In this document: positions 18,250 to 28,075 of the stretch, piece by piece
Position numbering within the stretch: position 1 is the stretch's first letter
Layout: the number at the start of each line of letters is the position of its first letter
DNA from: Candidatus Sericytochromatia bacterium
GTDB taxonomy: Bacteria > Cyanobacteriota > Sericytochromatia > S15B-MN24 > JAQBPE01
Direction: 5' to 3'
Assembly: GCA_035285125.1 (NCBI GenBank)
Contig: JAYKHR010000161.1
Coordinates: 1 to 46,464, forward strand
Length of the DNA: 46,464 bases
Translations under genes and position numbers: made by a program
Notes under the pieces: generated by a model
Database searches by the model: none
Told to the model about the DNA's origin: nothing
The model's input: only the letters and a program-made list of their open reading frames with translations

Positions 18250-19832
18250 GCGGCGCCCCCCCCGTGGTCGTGCCTGACGTTGGGTTCGACGGCACCCAGT
18301 TCTTCTGGCTGCTGCTTGTCGCCTCCGCCGTCGCGATGGCCGCGCGCCGCTACCGCATCCCGTACGCCCTCGGCCTCGTGGTCGTGGGCCTCGCGATCGG
18401 CCTGCCGCGGCTGATGCCGAAGGCCCACCTCGACCCGCACGTGCTCTTCACGCTGTTCTTGCCCCCGCTGCTCTTCGAGGCTTCGCTCAACCTGCGGACG
18501 GAGGCCCTGGGGGCGGCCTGGCGTCCCATCGCCGCCTTTGCGCTGCTGGGGACGCTGCTGGCGACCCTGGTGGGGGGAGGGCTGCTCAGCCTGGCCGTGG
18601 GGCTGCCGCTCGCCGTGGCGCTCGTGTTCGGCGCCCTGATCGCCCCCACGGACCCCATCTCCGTGATGGCGGTGCTCAAGCGCCTGGGCATCGATCACCG
18701 GCTCGGCCTGGTGGTGGAGGCAGAGAGCCTCTTCAACGACGGCGTCGCCGTGGTGCTCTTCACGGTGCTGCTGGCCTTGGCGGGCGGGGCGAGCCTCGGG
18801 CTGGTGGATGGGGTGGCCCGGTTCGGGCTGGTGGTGCTCGGTGGCGCTGGCCTCGGCTTGCTGGTGGGCGCGCTGGCGTCCTGGGTGACGAAGGCGTTCG
18901 ACGATCACCTCCTGGAGGTCACGTTGACGACGCTGGTGGCCTACGGGGCGTACATGGCGGCAGAGGCCGCCCACGTCTCGGGCGTGGTGGCCGTGGTGGC
19001 AGCGGGCCTGGTGGTTGGCAATTGGGGAATGCGCGTTGGGATGTCGCCGACGACCCGCCTGGCCGTCCACACCTTCTGGGAGTACGCGGCTTTCGTCGTG
19101 AACTCGATGGTCTTCCTGCTGGTGGGCATCGAGGCTGCGATCGTGGCCTGGTGGACCAAGCTGCCACTCGTGCTGGCCGCCGTGGCGGCGGTGCTGGTGG
19201 GGCGGGCCGTGGCCGTCTACGGCACGGCCGCGCTGCTGGGTCTCGCGCGCAGCCCGGTGCCGCTGACGTGGCAGCACCTGCTCGTCTGGGGTGGGCTGCG
19301 CGGGGCCCTGTCGATGGCGCTCGCGCTCGGGCTCCCCGCCGGGATGCCCTTCCGGGACGAGCTGGTGGCGATGACCTTCGGCGTCGTGCTGTTCTCCCTG
19401 TTGGGCCAGGGCCTGACGGTGGGACGCCTGGCCGCCCGGCTCGGGCTTGCGGGCGGGCCCGTGCACGACGCCGCGTACCGGACGCTGGGGGCGCGCAGGC
19501 TCGCGTGGCAGGCTGCCGGCGTGGAGGTCTCGCGGCAGGCCGCGCGTGGGGCCTTGCCGAAGGCCGTGGCGGCGGAGGTCGTGGCCGCCTTCGACCGCCG
19601 TGCTGCCGAGGCGGAGGCGGCCATTGCGGCCCTGCACCTCTCGGACGACGCGCTGCGAGAGGCGCACGAGGCGAAGGCTCGGGCCATCGGCCTCGCTGGC
19701 GCGCGCCACGCCCTCAAAGAGGCCACGCTGGCTGGGGTGCTGGACGATGAGGCTGCCGACGCCCTGCTGGCCGAAATCGACGCCGACCTTGCGGCTGGCG
19801 GCAGCCCGCGCCCCGAGGCTCAAGGGGCCTGA
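18246..19832 (+). CDS. CPA1 family Na+/H+ antiporter
   Basis: FLPPLLFE, PTDPISV, ESLFNDG, WGGLRGALS; ATGA overlap with paaH. Confidence 0.92.
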   Translation: MSGAPPVVVPDVGFDGTQFFWLLLVASAVAMAARRYRIPYALGLVVVGLAIGLPRLMPKAHLDPHVLFTLFLPPLLFEASLNLRTEALGAAWRPIAAFALLGTLLATLVGGGLLSLAVGLPLAVALVFGALIAPTDPISVMAVLKRLGIDHRLGLVVEAESLFNDGVAVVLFTVLLALAGGASLGLVDGVARFGLVVLGGAGLGLLVGALASWVTKAFDDHLLEVTLTTLVAYGAYMAAEAAHVSGVVAVVAAGLVVGNWGMRVGMSPTTRLAVHTFWEYAAFVVNSMVFLLVGIEAAIVAWWTKLPLVLAAVAAVLVGRAVAVYGTAALLGLARSPVPLTWQHLLVWGGLRGALSMALALGLPAGMPFRDELVAMTFGVVLFSLLGQGLTVGRLAARLGLAGGPVHDAAYRTLGARRLAWQAAGVEVSRQAARGALPKAVAAEVVAAFDRRAAEAEAAIAALHLSDDALREAHEAKARAIGLAGARHALKEATLAGVLDDEAADALLAEIDADLAAGGSPRPEAQGA

Positions 19833-19918
19833 GAAGTTCCGCGCCCGCCAGCGGGCGCAGGGGCGCGGGGCCATCACCCCTCGCCCTGACGCGGCAGAGG
19901 CCTGAGCCGGCCGACCGT

Positions 19919-21178
19919 TCAGCCCGCGTCGCCGCTCGAGGCCGGCTGCCCGTCTTCGGGGCGGGGGCTCGTGGCCCACATCATTCCGGCGACCGTGAGC
20001 ATCACCCCCGCGGCCACAGCATAGCTTCCGGTGGCGCCCAGCGCGCCGAAGGCGAAGCCGCCCCACAGCGGCCCGAGCACCCGACCGAGGCTCGCGAGCG
20101 ACTGGGCGGTCCCCAGGGTTTCACCCTGGGCGTCCTGAGCCGCCGTGAGCGAGATCAGCGCCGTGAGGCTGGGGTTGGTCAGCCCGCTGCCCGCGCAGAG
20201 CGGCACGAGCACCGCGGCCATCGCGGCCACCGACGGGCTGAGAGGCAGCCCGGCCAGGCCCACCGCGAGGAGCGCGCCGCCCGCCACCACCAGCCGACGC
20301 TCGCCGAACCGCTTCGCCAGCCGGCCGACGAGGCCGCCTTGCATGATGACGACCAGCACGCCGATGTAGGCGAAGGTCCAGCCGTTCTGGACCTCTCCGA
20401 AGCCGAAGGCGTCGCGCGTGAGCAGGGGGAAGGTCGCCTCCATCGTGGCGAAGGCGAAGATGCTCAGGAAGTACATCGCCATCAGGGGGGCCATGCCCGG
20501 GATGATCGCGGCTTGGCGGAGTCTGGCGACGCTGAAGCCGCGCGCCACGGCCACCCCCCTGCGCGCCGCGGGCAAAGACTCGGGCAGCCGGACCCAAGCG
20601 AACGCGGCATTGGCCAGCGCCAGGCCTGCCGCCACGAGGGCGGGCACGCCCGGCCCGAAGGGCGCGAGCAAGCCGCCGAGCGCCGGCCCGAACACGAAGC
20701 CGAGCCCGAAGGCCGCCCCGATGATCCCCATCCCCTTCGCGCGGGTTTCGGGCGTGGTGCTGTCCGCAATGTACGCCTGCGCCACGCCGATGGTCGCCGT
20801 GGCGGTGCCGGCGAAGACTCGGGCTGCGAACAGCGCTAGCAAGGCCGTCGAGGCGCCGAGCAGGGTGTCGGGGAGGCCGCCACCGATCCGCGCCCACCAG
20901 GCGGGGTCGACGACCGCGCCCAGCAGGGCCGTGGAGGCGGCCGAGCCGACGAGGGAGCCGATGAGCACGGGGCGGCGCCCCACGCGGTCGGACACCCCGC
21001 CCCACAGGGGGCTGGCGACCATCTGGGCCAACGAGTAGGCCGCCATCAGCCCCCCGACGGCCAGCGCCCCGGCGCCGAACCGCACGGCGTAGTAGGGCAG
21101 TTGGGGGAGTATCAGGCCGAAGCCCAGCAGGTCGAGGAAGACGGTGATGAACAGGATAGCGAGGGGCGAGCGTGCCAT
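19919..21178 (-). CDS. MFS transporter (DHA1/TetA-like)
   Basis: FLDLLGFGLILP, motif A SDRVGRRPVL, motif C GFVFGPALGG. Confidence 0.9.
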   Translation of the reverse strand: MARSPLAILFITVFLDLLGFGLILPQLPYYAVRFGAGALAVGGLMAAYSLAQMVASPLWGGVSDRVGRRPVLIGSLVGSAASTALLGAVVDPAWWARIGGGLPDTLLGASTALLALFAARVFAGTATATIGVAQAYIADSTTPETRAKGMGIIGAAFGLGFVFGPALGGLLAPFGPGVPALVAAGLALANAAFAWVRLPESLPAARRGVAVARGFSVARLRQAAIIPGMAPLMAMYFLSIFAFATMEATFPLLTRDAFGFGEVQNGWTFAYIGVLVVIMQGGLVGRLAKRFGERRLVVAGGALLAVGLAGLPLSPSVAAMAAVLVPLCAGSGLTNPSLTALISLTAAQDAQGETLGTAQSLASLGRVLGPLWGGFAFGALGATGSYAVAAGVMLTVAGMMWATSPRPEDGQPASSGDAG

Positions 21179-21333
21179 GAGGCCATCATACCGAAAGGTG
21201 GTGGGACCCGCGACCTGATGCCGCGCCGTGGCGACGTTTGCGGTGCGTAAACGGCCCGGGCTCGGCCAGGGTTCGGGAAGGGCCCGGCCTGTTACAATGG
21301 CCTGGCCCCCCACCCACCATCTGGAGGCTCCGG

Positions 21334-22818
21334 ATGTCGCTGGCCCCAACCTCCGCCCCTTGCACGCCGTCTCAGGCCGTCCGGCTGGCCTTGCAGGCCG
21401 CAGCTGAGCTGGACGCCTACGTCGTGGCCCGGGTGCAGGTGCGGCAGGACCACGGCCTGCTCGTGATCAACGGCGACACGGAGCACCTCGGGCAGTCGCG
21501 CCTCCGGGGTATCGGGGTGCAGGCCTTCACCCGAGACGGCCACGCGGGCTTCGCCGCCAGCGACGACCTCGACGCCGCGGCGGACGTGACGCGCCAGGCG
21601 GTGGGCCTGGCTCGGGAGGCCGCGAGACGCTCGCTGACGCCCAACACCGCCATCTTCGAGGTCCCGCCCCTGGTGAGCCACGAGCCCGAGGCCTCCTTCG
21701 TGCCGCCTGACCTGCCCCGGCTGGAGGCTGCCCTGCGCGCCCTCAACGCCGAGGTGCGGGCGCTCGACCCACGCCTGGCGGTGCGCACGTCCCTGGGCCA
21801 GGTGCACGAGGCCTGGCACGTGGGGCGCTCTGACGGCACGGACGTCTCCTGGGTGATGCAGCGGGCCCGCTTGTCCCACGAGATCACCGCCCGTGACGGG
21901 GGGCGCGCCGCCACGGCGAGCGCCGGCGTGATCGGCGTCGATGCGGGCCTGCTCGACGACGCCGCCTTGCTGGCGCGGCTCTCGGCACAGGCCGTTCGGC
22001 AGGCCGCTCTGGCCCTGCGGCTGCTGGACGCACCACGCCTGCGGGGCGGAGCCTACAGGCTCGTCATCGACCATGCCCTCGCCAAGGGGCTGGCCCACGA
22101 GGCCTTCGGCCATGCCGCAGAGACCGACTCGATGCGGACCTCGATCCTGGGAGACGGCGGCCGCTTCCGCCGGGGCGAGCGGGTCGCGCCGGACTTTGTC
22201 TCGATCGTCGATGGCCCACTGCCCGGGGACTACGCCTGGCAGCCGATCAGCGCGAACGGGGAGCGGCGCGACACGATCCACATCGTCCGGGATGGCGTGC
22301 TGGACGAGGCGCTCGCGGACACCTTCTCGGCGGCCGAGGCTGGCGCCCGCCCCACGGGCGCCGCGCGGGCCGAGAGCTACGCCGCGCTGCCGATGCCAAG
22401 GATGACCAACACGCGCATCGTGGTGCGCGAGCCCATTCCGCTGGCAGATGATCCCGACACCTTGTCGCCCGAGGCGCTGCGGTCATTGCTGCTCGCGCAC
22501 GGCCTGATGGCGCCGGGAGAGCGCGTGCTCTTCCTGTCAGGCTACAAGGGGGGGCAGGTCAACACCAGCCAGGGCGACTTCGTCTTCAACTGCACGGCCA
22601 TTCACGACCTGGCCGACGGCCAGCTCTACCAGCCCGCGATTTTCTCTGGCAAGGTGCTGTCCGTGCTGTCGGCCATCCGGGCGGGCATCGGGGCCTTGCG
22701 GCTCGATGCGCCCGGGATGTGCGGCAAGCGAGGGCAGTCCGTGCCCTCCAGCGGAGGCTGTCACGCCTTCCTCGTCATCGACGCCCACCCCGAAGTGCTG
22801 GTAGGAGGTTCACTGTGA
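21334..22818 (+). CDS. tldD: TldD family metalloprotease subunit
   Basis: HEAFGHAAETD, PRMTNT, GGQVN, CGK.GQSVP; GGAGG RBS; TGT-TACAAT at 21290-21298. Confidence 0.88.
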   Translation: MSLAPTSAPCTPSQAVRLALQAAAELDAYVVARVQVRQDHGLLVINGDTEHLGQSRLRGIGVQAFTRDGHAGFAASDDLDAAADVTRQAVGLAREAARRSLTPNTAIFEVPPLVSHEPEASFVPPDLPRLEAALRALNAEVRALDPRLAVRTSLGQVHEAWHVGRSDGTDVSWVMQRARLSHEITARDGGRAATASAGVIGVDAGLLDDAALLARLSAQAVRQAALALRLLDAPRLRGGAYRLVIDHALAKGLAHEAFGHAAETDSMRTSILGDGGRFRRGERVAPDFVSIVDGPLPGDYAWQPISANGERRDTIHIVRDGVLDEALADTFSAAEAGARPTGAARAESYAALPMPRMTNTRIVVREPIPLADDPDTLSPEALRSLLLAHGLMAPGERVLFLSGYKGGQVNTSQGDFVFNCTAIHDLADGQLYQPAIFSGKVLSVLSAIRAGIGALRLDAPGMCGKRGQSVPSSGGCHAFLVIDAHPEVLVGGSL

Positions 22819-24131
22819 CCCAGGCCTTCACCGAGGCGCTGGCCGAGGCCCTCGCCGCGCGGGCCGTCGCCCCGGCCCTGCCGGAACTCGGGATCGCCGA
22901 CTGGCGGCTGACGGTCGACACCGCGACCAGCGTCGAGGTCGGGCTCAAGGACGGCCTCATGGGGGGGCCCTACGAGGCGCCGAACGAGGTGACGGGCCTG
23001 CGCGGCGAGGCCTACGTGCGCTGGGCGGACGGCCAGATCAGCCGGGGCGTCGTCGACCGCGCGACGCCCGAGGGCCTCGACGCGGACCTCCGGACCTGGC
23101 GCCAGGCGGCCTACCAGGACGCCTGGGCCCCTGAGGTGGTCGGGCCCGAGGCCGTCCCGGGCGTGCCCCTCTGGGACGCTGGGGCGGCGGGCTGGGTGGC
23201 GGGCGAGACCGGGCCGATGTTCGAGATCCTGGGCCGCTTCGCCGCCGAGCTGCCGGCCTACGAGGCGGAGCGCGTCAACGGCTCGGTCACGGCGGTGGAC
23301 GCCGTGCGAACGATCGTGACCTCCCGCGGCTTCCACCACGTGGGGGCGAGCACCTCGGTGGCAGCCTGGGCCGAGGTGGACGGCCGGGCCTCCGATGGCG
23401 TGTCCCTGCGGCGTCGGCCGGAGGCCGCCGAGATCGCGGGCATCATTGGCCGCGTCGGCACGCACAACCGGGCGCTGCGCCAGGAGGCCACCCTGGTGCC
23501 CGGTCGCCAGACCGTGGTGTTGTGGCCCTCCGCGGCAGAGGCCATGTGGAGTCGCTACGTGCTCGGCAACATGGACGGCCAGCGCGTGCTGACCGGCGCC
23601 TCGGCCTTCGCGCCGACGCAGTTTGGGTCGGGGGAGGTGGTGCTCGACGGCGGCCTCCACTTCAGCCTGGACCCGCTGCGACCCCTCTCGGCGGGCTCCT
23701 ACGCCGTGTCCGGCGAGGGCGTGCCGGCCCGGGCGTGCACCTTCATCGAGGGCGGGCGCCTCGTGACCCCGCTGCTTGATCTCAAGCACGCCCGCAAGTC
23801 CGGCCTGTCCGCCACGCCCTGGCCTCGCGGGGCCACGAGCTGGGTGCTCCCGGCCCCTTCGCTGGAGCTGGAGGAGCTGGTGGGCACCGTGGAGCGCGGC
23901 CTGCTCGTCCTCCAGATGCTGGGGTTGCACACCCAGGATGCCGCCTCCGGCCGGTTCTCGCTGACGGTCTCACAGGGCCTGGTCATCGAGTCCGGGCGGC
24001 TGGTAGGCCGGGCCAAGGCCATCATCGCGGGCAACTTCCTCGACGCCCTCCGGCGGCCCGTCACGTGGGCCCAGGTGCCAGGCAAGGAGGGCCTCGCCCT
24101 GGCGATCAAGGCGGATGTCCTGCCCGGGTAA
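22815..24131 (+). CDS. tldE: TldE/PmbA family subunit
   Basis: GTGA-coupled to tldD; EGVPAR, LGLHT..SGRFS, IAGNF; no HExxH. Confidence 0.8.
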   Translation: MTQAFTEALAEALAARAVAPALPELGIADWRLTVDTATSVEVGLKDGLMGGPYEAPNEVTGLRGEAYVRWADGQISRGVVDRATPEGLDADLRTWRQAAYQDAWAPEVVGPEAVPGVPLWDAGAAGWVAGETGPMFEILGRFAAELPAYEAERVNGSVTAVDAVRTIVTSRGFHHVGASTSVAAWAEVDGRASDGVSLRRRPEAAEIAGIIGRVGTHNRALRQEATLVPGRQTVVLWPSAAEAMWSRYVLGNMDGQRVLTGASAFAPTQFGSGEVVLDGGLHFSLDPLRPLSAGSYAVSGEGVPARACTFIEGGRLVTPLLDLKHARKSGLSATPWPRGATSWVLPAPSLELEELVGTVERGLLVLQMLGLHTQDAASGRFSLTVSQGLVIESGRLVGRAKAIIAGNFLDALRRPVTWAQVPGKEGLALAIKADVLPG

Positions 24132-24152
24132 AGCCACGCTGGCAGCGAACTG

Positions 24153-24177
24153 AAACCCCCCTCCGGCTGGAGGGGGG
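24153..24177. terminator. Hairpin between convergent genes
   Basis: CCCCCCTCC-GGCT-GGAGGGGGG, followed by TTT on the minus strand. Confidence 0.6.
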
Positions 24178-24184
24178 GAGCGGC

Positions 24185-24589
24185 TCAGGCGCGGGGCGCC
24201 CGAATCCCGAACTTGTCGCGGGTGTGACGGGCTTCCTCGGCTTCGCGTTCCTGATGCTGCTTGATCAGCTCGTCGATCCGGAACTGGATGAAGAGGGTGA
24301 CGTCCTGAACCTTGAGCGCGTCGGTCTGCTCGTCCAGCTTCTCTTGGCGAAGGTAGAGCGTGCGGAAGTACTGCTCCACCAGGGCCAGGCGCACCGACCA
24401 GGGGTCGTGACCGTCCCGACGAAGCTTCTCACGCTGGGCAGCGTAGGAGCCCCGATTCGAGGTCCAGAGGTTCTCCATCAGGTCCATCAGGTCCTGAGGG
24501 GAGACCTCCTCGAGGGGGTCCCCGTACTTGTCGATGTACTGGTCACGGACCTCGGGGACCTGGAACTTGGTCAGCTCGCGCCGATTCAC
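24185..24589 (-). CDS. Hypothetical helical protein (134 aa)
   Basis: GTG start with GGAGG RBS, GC3-rich codons, own promoter. Confidence 0.75.
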   Translation of the reverse strand: MNRRELTKFQVPEVRDQYIDKYGDPLEEVSPQDLMDLMENLWTSNRGSYAAQREKLRRDGHDPWSVRLALVEQYFRTLYLRQEKLDEQTDALKVQDVTLFIQFRIDELIKQHQEREAEEARHTRDKFGIRAPRA

Positions 24590-24650
24590 GAAAGAACCTC
24601 CGAATTCGCCTTGCGCTGACTCGTTTTGCAGCTGAAGGCCTGTGATGCCG

Positions 24651-24679
24651 ATCTTAGCACTGATCCGCTGGTTCGACAA
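24651..24679 (-). promoter_or_regulatory. sigma70 promoter TTGTCG-17-TAAGAT with TG extension
   Basis: Near-consensus with ideal spacing, 60 nt upstream of GTG 24589. Confidence 0.65.
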
Positions 24680-24871
24680 ATCGCCCGCTTCCAGGCGCCG
24701 CGCTCGCCGGTAATTCCACCCCCAAGCGCGCCTCCAGCGCCAGCACCAGAGCAGCTCCGTGGACCTCGCCGCGCCGCGGCTCGGGTGGCTCGGGCCGGGC
24801 GTCCGTGAGCGGAAACGTGACGCCACGGTGGGCGCGGGAAGAGGAAGGCATGGGGGGATGAGACATGCGTC

Positions 24872-24910
24872 AAAAACCCTCTAGGGCGGAGCACGGCGAT
24901 GCTCCGCCCT
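24872..24910 (-). terminator. Terminator downstream of the EF-hand gene
   Basis: 11-bp perfect stem AGGGCGGAGCA/TGCTCCGCCCT, T-run shortly after on minus. Confidence 0.6.
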
Positions 24911-24939
24911 GTCAGCATAGCAGGCGAGAGGCCGGGGGC

Positions 24940-25662
24940 CTACCAGTCCTCGCCGTCGCCGCCGGGTTCCTCACCAGTCCCGGGGTCCGCGGGTTCCGTG
25001 GGCTCGGCGGGGTTCGGCGCGGGGGCAGGCCCAACCTGGTAGTTCGGGTTGATCCCCTTCACGAAGGCATGCATGCAGTAGTCTTCGAACTCCGCCTGGT
25101 TGAGCGCCCCGTCCTTGGTCTTATCGCTGCCTTCGAAGATCGCATCGTCGAGATCCGAGAGCACCACGCGCAGGCGCAGGCCGTCGATCCGCAGGTTGAT
25201 GCCGACCCGCGCCAGGGCCTTGTCCGAGAGTTCGGCAGGCTTCAATTGCTTGTCCCGGTTGCCGTCGAGGCGCTGGAACCCCCGCCACAGGACCTCTCGG
25301 GTGGCCTTCATGAAGCTCACCCGGTCCTGCCTCATGAAGCCGAAGACGGAGCCGCCCGTGGCGAAGTTCATGAACTCGGTCTTGGTGAGCTTGCCGTCCC
25401 GGTTCTTGTCGGCGCGCCCGAAATCCTTCATGTCCATCGCCGAGCCGGCCTCGTACTCGTCCACGCGGCCGTCGGTGTTGACGTCGAGCTTGGTGAAGGC
25501 CGCCCGGTGGATGTGCTTGAAGCCATCCAGCAGGGTCTTGGTGGCAAGGGCCTGGGCGCCGGCGCTGGCGGGCCCCTGCGGGAAAAGGGGGCGCGCGGGG
25601 GACATCCCGCAGCCGGTCAGCACGGCGGCAGAAGCGACGAGGGCGATCAGGCGGGCGTTCAT
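24940..25662 (-). CDS. EF-hand calcium-binding lipoprotein
   Basis: Lipobox LTGC; four loops DVNTDGRVDEYE, DKNRDGKLTKTE, DGNRDKQLKPAE, DKTKDGALNQAE; AAGGAG RBS. Confidence 0.85.
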   Translation of the reverse strand: MNARLIALVASAAVLTGCGMSPARPLFPQGPASAGAQALATKTLLDGFKHIHRAAFTKLDVNTDGRVDEYEAGSAMDMKDFGRADKNRDGKLTKTEFMNFATGGSVFGFMRQDRVSFMKATREVLWRGFQRLDGNRDKQLKPAELSDKALARVGINLRIDGLRLRVVLSDLDDAIFEGSDKTKDGALNQAEFEDYCMHAFVKGINPNYQVGPAPAPNPAEPTEPADPGTGEEPGGDGEDW

Positions 25663-25711
25663 CACCAGGCTCCTTGTGGCAGTCCCTCGGGACAAGCGGG
25701 GGTTACAGGAC

Positions 25712-25738
25712 ATATCGGGAGCCACGCCGGGAACTCGG
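25712..25738 (-). promoter_or_regulatory. sigma28 (FliA/SigD)-like promoter
   Basis: CCGAGTTC-N11-CCCGATAT versus consensus TAAAGTTT-N11-GCCGATAA. Confidence 0.4.
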
Positions 25739-25874
25739 TAAAGGATGGATTAAGCTTGCGTGAAGGTTACGGCCCGCCCGGTCCACCCCTGGTGGGACGC
25801 AGGGACGGGCCGCGTGCCGGTGGCAGGCCGGCAGAGTCAACGGGACAGGCGCTGCCAGCGGGGGCCGCGAGGCC

Positions 25875-26777
25875 TCAGCTGCGGCCGGGGAGGGCCGTGC
25901 CGCGCCCGACCGGGAGGTCGACGTGCGTCCGGCTGGCGAGGTCGTCGAGGAATCGCATTCCCGCGGGCGAGTTGGCCGCGTGCGGATTGCGGGCGTCGGC
26001 GGCCCACTTCGGCAGCGGGAGGCCGGTGTGGTCGACTTTGAAGGCCTCGTTGTTGAAGTCGCTGGCGCTGGCCTTCGGGGGGTAGCGCACCGCGATGCTC
26101 AGGTGGGGCTGTGGGCGATACCGGCTGAGGGGGTCGCCCTCCGGCTTGATGCGGACCACGCCACCGTCCGGATGCGTCCAGATCTCCATCGGGATGGGCC
26201 GCCCGGTGCCGGGATGGCGCTTCGGCTGGCCGGTGTGGATGTCCACGACGTGGGCCTGTTGCACCGTGAAGCCCCGCCGCTTCAGCTCGACGCGGACCTC
26301 ACCGACCTCGAGCCCACGCAGGTCCAGCGCCTTCACGGACGCCCCCAGGTGCCCCGCCTTGAAGGCCTTGATGGCCTGCTCCGTGCGCGGCGTCATCTGG
26401 GTGCTCCAGACGAGGTCGGGGTTTCGCGCCACGAGTTCCGCGAAGCCGAGGTTCAGGTCGGCGTTCGCCCGCCCTGAACCAGCTGCCACCGGGATGGCTG
26501 CCGGCCCGCTGGGCGCGATGTCCTTGCGATGCGTCAGGGCTGCAGCAACGCGCTGGCTGACGAACGCGAACACCCCACTGGCCTGGGGGGACTCGGCCCC
26601 GGGGCGCTGGCCATCGGACCCTGCCCGACCGCTCTCGACCTTGGCGCCCGCAGCCCGCGTCGGTACAAAGGCGTCCGAGGCCATCTGGGGGAGCGTTTCC
26701 CCGCGAGGAACCCCCGGCACGGCCTGGGGCTTGGTGGCCTGGGGGGCCGCCTGGCTGCTTTGGATGGGGTTGGTCAC
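25875..26777 (-). CDS. Hypothetical protein: disordered N-terminus plus globular C-terminal domain
   Basis: GTG 26777 with GGAG upstream; 3' part of the listed 649-aa ORF; WTHPDGGVVRIKPEGD...PH...EAFKVD...THVDL. Confidence 0.65.
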   Translation of the reverse strand: MTNPIQSSQAAPQATKPQAVPGVPRGETLPQMASDAFVPTRAAGAKVESGRAGSDGQRPGAESPQASGVFAFVSQRVAAALTHRKDIAPSGPAAIPVAAGSGRANADLNLGFAELVARNPDLVWSTQMTPRTEQAIKAFKAGHLGASVKALDLRGLEVGEVRVELKRRGFTVQQAHVVDIHTGQPKRHPGTGRPIPMEIWTHPDGGVVRIKPEGDPLSRYRPQPHLSIAVRYPPKASASDFNNEAFKVDHTGLPLPKWAADARNPHAANSPAGMRFLDDLASRTHVDLPVGRGTALPGRS

Positions 26778-26978
26778 GGCCGGCTCGCTCCGGGGTGCAA
26801 GGCCACTCCTGACTGCATGCCCGGGATCTCCGGGGCATAAACGGGTGGCCGCAGGCCGGGTGAGGGGCTGTCGCGGAATCTGGGGCGCCAGCAAGCGGTG
26901 AGGCGCGGCTGGGTGGCGGGTAAGAGGGACGGGCGGCTCACGCACGCTCCACGAAGACTGGTTGAGGCAGGCGACACG

Positions 26979-28046
26979 ATGGCAAGGGTGAAGTTCGACC
27001 AGGTGGTCAAGCGATATGGCGACAACCTGGTCATCAAGGGGTTGGACCTCGAGATCGCCGACCGAGAGTTCCTGGTGCTGGTGGGTCCCTCCGGCTGCGG
27101 GAAGTCGACGGCGCTGCGCATGATTGCCGGGTTGGAAGAGATCTCCGAGGGCCAGCTCTACATCGGCGATCGGGTGGTGAACGACCTGGCGCCCAAGGAG
27201 CGGGACATCGCGATGGTGTTCCAGAACTACGCGCTCTACCCGCACATGAGCGTGCGCGAAAACATGGGCTTCGCGCTCAAGCTCCGGCAGACGGCGCAGG
27301 CCGAGATTGACCGGGTCGTCGACGACGTGGCCCGGCGGCTGGAGATCGCTCACCTGCTCGAGCGGAAGCCCAAGCAGCTCTCGGGTGGCCAGCGGCAGCG
27401 CGTGGCGCTGGGGCGGGCCATTGTGCGGAACCCGCAGGTGTTCCTGATGGATGAACCCCTGTCGAACCTGGACGCGAAGCTGCGCGTCAGCATGCGCGCC
27501 GAAATCAAGAAGCTCCACCAGGACCTTCGCACCACCTTCGTCTACGTCACGCACGATCAGACTGAGGCGCTGACGATGGGGGATCGCATCGCCATCTTCA
27601 ACGCCGGCCACATGCAGCAGGTGGGCACGCCGGCCGAGGTCTACCACCGGCCGGCCAACCTCTTCGTGGCCACCTTCATCGGGTCCCCTCCGATGAACCT
27701 CTTGCCCGGCGAGGTGCAGCCCGTGGCCGGAGGCGCGCGCCTCGTGGGTGAGCATTTCACCTTCGACCTGCCCGGCGCCGCGCCGCGCCCCGGTCGGGCC
27801 ATGGTGGGCTTCCGGCCGGAGCACATGGTGCTAGCCCCCGAAGGCGCCCCTGGCTACCGGGCTGAGGTGGTGGTGGTGGAGCCCATGGGCTCGGAGGCTT
27901 TCGTCTACCTGGCAGGGCCCGGGGGCCACGTCGTCGCCCGCGTCGGAGAGCACCAGCTGCCGCGCGTCGGAGAGTTGCTCACGTTCACCGTCGAGCCTGC
28001 CAGGCTCCACCTGTTCGATCCAGACAGCCAGGCCAGGCTGGGCTGA
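26979..28046 (+). CDS. Sugar ABC transporter ATP-binding protein (MalK/UgpC/MsmX type)
   Basis: GPSGCGKS, VFQNYALYPHM, LSGGQRQR, DEPLSNLDAKLR, VTHDQ, TOBE domain. Confidence 0.95.
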   Translation: MARVKFDQVVKRYGDNLVIKGLDLEIADREFLVLVGPSGCGKSTALRMIAGLEEISEGQLYIGDRVVNDLAPKERDIAMVFQNYALYPHMSVRENMGFALKLRQTAQAEIDRVVDDVARRLEIAHLLERKPKQLSGGQRQRVALGRAIVRNPQVFLMDEPLSNLDAKLRVSMRAEIKKLHQDLRTTFVYVTHDQTEALTMGDRIAIFNAGHMQQVGTPAEVYHRPANLFVATFIGSPPMNLLPGEVQPVAGGARLVGEHFTFDLPGAAPRPGRAMVGFRPEHMVLAPEGAPGYRAEVVVVEPMGSEAFVYLAGPGGHVVARVGEHQLPRVGELLTFTVEPARLHLFDPDSQARLG

Positions 28047-28075
28047 GCGCCTTTCGTCGCAGCAGGACGCCCGCG

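Noticed and set aside
24654..24866. 70-aa minus-strand ORF and a possible + strand GCCGATCT sigma28 box near 24647
   Set aside because: Weak RBS and no motif; overlaps a much better sigma70 promoter of the downstream gene.
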